Both the position numbers and the translations under genes were made by a program. A model generated the notes under the pieces. That model was not told the origin of the DNA. It ran no database searches and was given only the letters and a program-made list of their open reading frames with translations. This document shows positions 62,517-64,000 of a DNA stretch of 64,000 bases, one piece after another. Source of the DNA: Candidatus Kapaibacterium sp. (lineage in GTDB: Bacteria > Bacteroidota > Ignavibacteria > Kapaibacteriales > UBA2268); the NCBI GenBank assembly GCA_963664875.1, contig OY761611.1:2944001-3008000 (forward strand), written 5' to 3'. Position 1 is the stretch's first letter, and every line of letters begins with the position of its first letter.

Positions 62517-63467
62517 CTAAATCATTTCGTCGATTAGTTTTTTGCCGAGAGAAATAGCTCCGTCAAGAGCAGTTCCTTTTGGCTCTACAATTTTAAGTTG
62601 CTCATACTTAGCAAGCTCTTCTCTTAACAATCTTGCAAGAAGAGTGTCCGCATCAATTATACCGCCCATAAGAGCAACAGGTACAGTTTTACCATTATAT
62701 TGCTTTGCTAAAGTGAGTGGCAATTCGGACAAGTGCTTAGCAGATCTTTCGATTATTTTCAAACATACTTCGTCGCCGTCAACTGCACATTGCATTACGT
62801 GAGGGGTAAGCATGTGATATTCGAATGCTCTCTCTGCATAAGCTTTAACTATAGTGCGAGGATTATCTATGTCGATAGTAGGATAAAGATTGCCGATTAC
62901 TTCTGTCATTTTTGTAGGCATACCTCTGCCGTCAAGTGCTCTAACAGCTGCAGTAAGACCTTCACGACCAATCCATGCTCCGCTGCCTTCGTCATCTAAT
63001 TCGATGCCCCAGCCACCAACACGAATAAATTTGCCTTTGCCTTGCTTGCCGAGACCAATCGAGCCGGTACCAACGATGGTAATCACACCGTTGCCACCAT
63101 CAAAAGCACCTTCCACCGCAAGTTCTGCATCAGAAGTTACAATCAAATCGTTAAAACTTAAATTTTGACCGCGAGCAAGTGTGCGGAGCAAATGTTGAGA
63201 TCTTTTCTTTTCTTCATCAAGCCAAACGCCTGCAAGCCCAACGACAACGGCATCTAATTCGGATGTTTCTATCTCTGCCTGATGGCATAATTCCATAATA
63301 ACATTGAGAGTTCTTTCGCAAGATTCGCCTACGCCTACGGCGCCGATACGAGTTGTGCCTGCTTTTGCAGTAGCAATTACTTTACCTTCTCTATATAGGA
63401 CACCGCGAGTATGAGTGCCACCGCCATCAATACCAATTATAGTATAATCATTGCTTGAGTTCGCCAT
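62517..63467 (-). CDS. BadF/BadG/BcrA/BcrD-family kinase (N-acetylglucosamine/MurNAc kinase-like)
   Basis: GIDGGGTHT, GLAG, SDA, GTGS, GGWG..DEGSGAWIG. Confidence 0.88.
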   Translation of the reverse strand: MANSSNDYTIIGIDGGGTHTRGVLYREGKVIATAKAGTTRIGAVGVGESCERTLNVIMELCHQAEIETSELDAVVVGLAGVWLDEEKKRSQHLLRTLARGQNLSFNDLIVTSDAELAVEGAFDGGNGVITIVGTGSIGLGKQGKGKFIRVGGWGIELDDEGSGAWIGREGLTAAVRALDGRGMPTKMTEVIGNLYPTIDIDNPRTIVKAYAERAFEYHMLTPHVMQCAVDGDEVCLKIIERSAKHLSELPLTLAKQYNGKTVPVALMGGIIDADTLLARLLREELAKYEQLKIVEPKGTALDGAISLGKKLIDEMI

Positions 63468-63520
63468 CAAAATAATCCAATAAGATTTTTAGAAATCAAT
63501 TTTATAACTGCAGAGATTAT

Positions 63521-63536
63521 TACAATTACTGTGCCA
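63521..63536 (-). promoter_or_regulatory. Possible sigma54 promoter
   Basis: TGGCACAGTAATTGTA upstream of the kinase gene. Confidence 0.45.
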
Positions 63537-63686
63537 GTAATCAAAAAATCGTAGGTCTGCAAATCGAGGGAAGCTTGCAAAAAAATGCTGCTGAATTTAA
63601 TCGTTTTACAAATTAAAGCAGTTACACGGCACTTGCAATTATTTGTTATTCAATGAGTTGTAAGGGATAGGCGAGTGGTAAGCGAA

Positions 63687-63713
63687 GCCCCGCACTTTTA
63701 ACTTTTGCGGGGC
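63687..63713 (-). terminator. GC-rich hairpin, probable terminator
   Basis: GCCCCGCA-N11-TGCGGGGC just downstream of the last ORF. Confidence 0.55.
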
Positions 63714-63725
63714 ATAAAAGATTTT

Positions 63726-63998
63726 CTATTTGACTTCAATTTCTAAAGTAATTTTGCCGTAAGCTTCGCTTGTATCATTGCCCGGAGGCATAAGGTAGTA
63801 TTCTATAATATTTTTTCCCGGTTTTAGGTATTCACCAGGGATGTTATCTGAAAACGGTGATGATATGCCTTCGGAGTTTACGCTCATGCCTACATTCTGA
63901 CCATCCTGCATTGTAAGTATCCAAGCTCCAAATGCCGAAGCGAGTTTTTCATTGAAAGAAATACTTACTGGCACGCTTTCCGATGCAGCTATGCTTAA
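63726..63998 (-). CDS. Hypothetical protein, 5'-truncated by window edge
   Basis: Frame stays open from 63974 to the window end; followed by a hairpin. Confidence 0.6.
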   Translation of the reverse strand, partial: LSIAASESVPVSISFNEKLASAFGAWILTMQDGQNVGMSVNSEGISSPFSDNIPGEYLKPGKNIIEYYLMPPGNDTSEAYGKITLEIEVK

Positions 63999-64000
63999 CT

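Overview
Bacterial chromosomal window, AT-rich. Protein styles and Bacteroidota-type TAnnTTTG promoter boxes suggest an FCB-group organism, possibly Ignavibacteria/Kapabacteria-like (inference). Bases 1-18.2 kb are the str-S10-spc-alpha ribosomal superoperon from a partial rpsG to rplQ. It has three oddities: the EF-G has lost all three domain-IV tip motifs (recycling-type EF-G2-like), rpsD is absent between rpsK and rpoA, and S14 and L36 are zinc-free forms (rpmJ was missed by the ORF track). The remaining 46 kb holds initiator tRNA-fMet, an AddA-like helicase-nuclease, an ispF-kinase-ruvX-GWxTD operon, four histidine kinases with one receiver protein, several outer-membrane barrels and lipoproteins, mlaEF, nusB, a PP2C phosphatase, an NRAMP-like transporter, a PLP dehydratase and a BadF-type kinase. 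No CRISPR array, rRNA, prophage or transposase was seen. Best leads: (i) the degenerate EF-G; (ii) a membrane protein with a GldL/PorL-like helix pair, upstream of a PP2C phosphatase and behind a sigma54-like promoter; (iii) a recurring set of sigma54-like promoters, two in front of unannotated small genes or RNAs; (iv) a sigma28-like promoter; (v) a 2-kb islet bounded by a 29-bp direct repeat. All family calls are from motif recognition by eye, not database searches.
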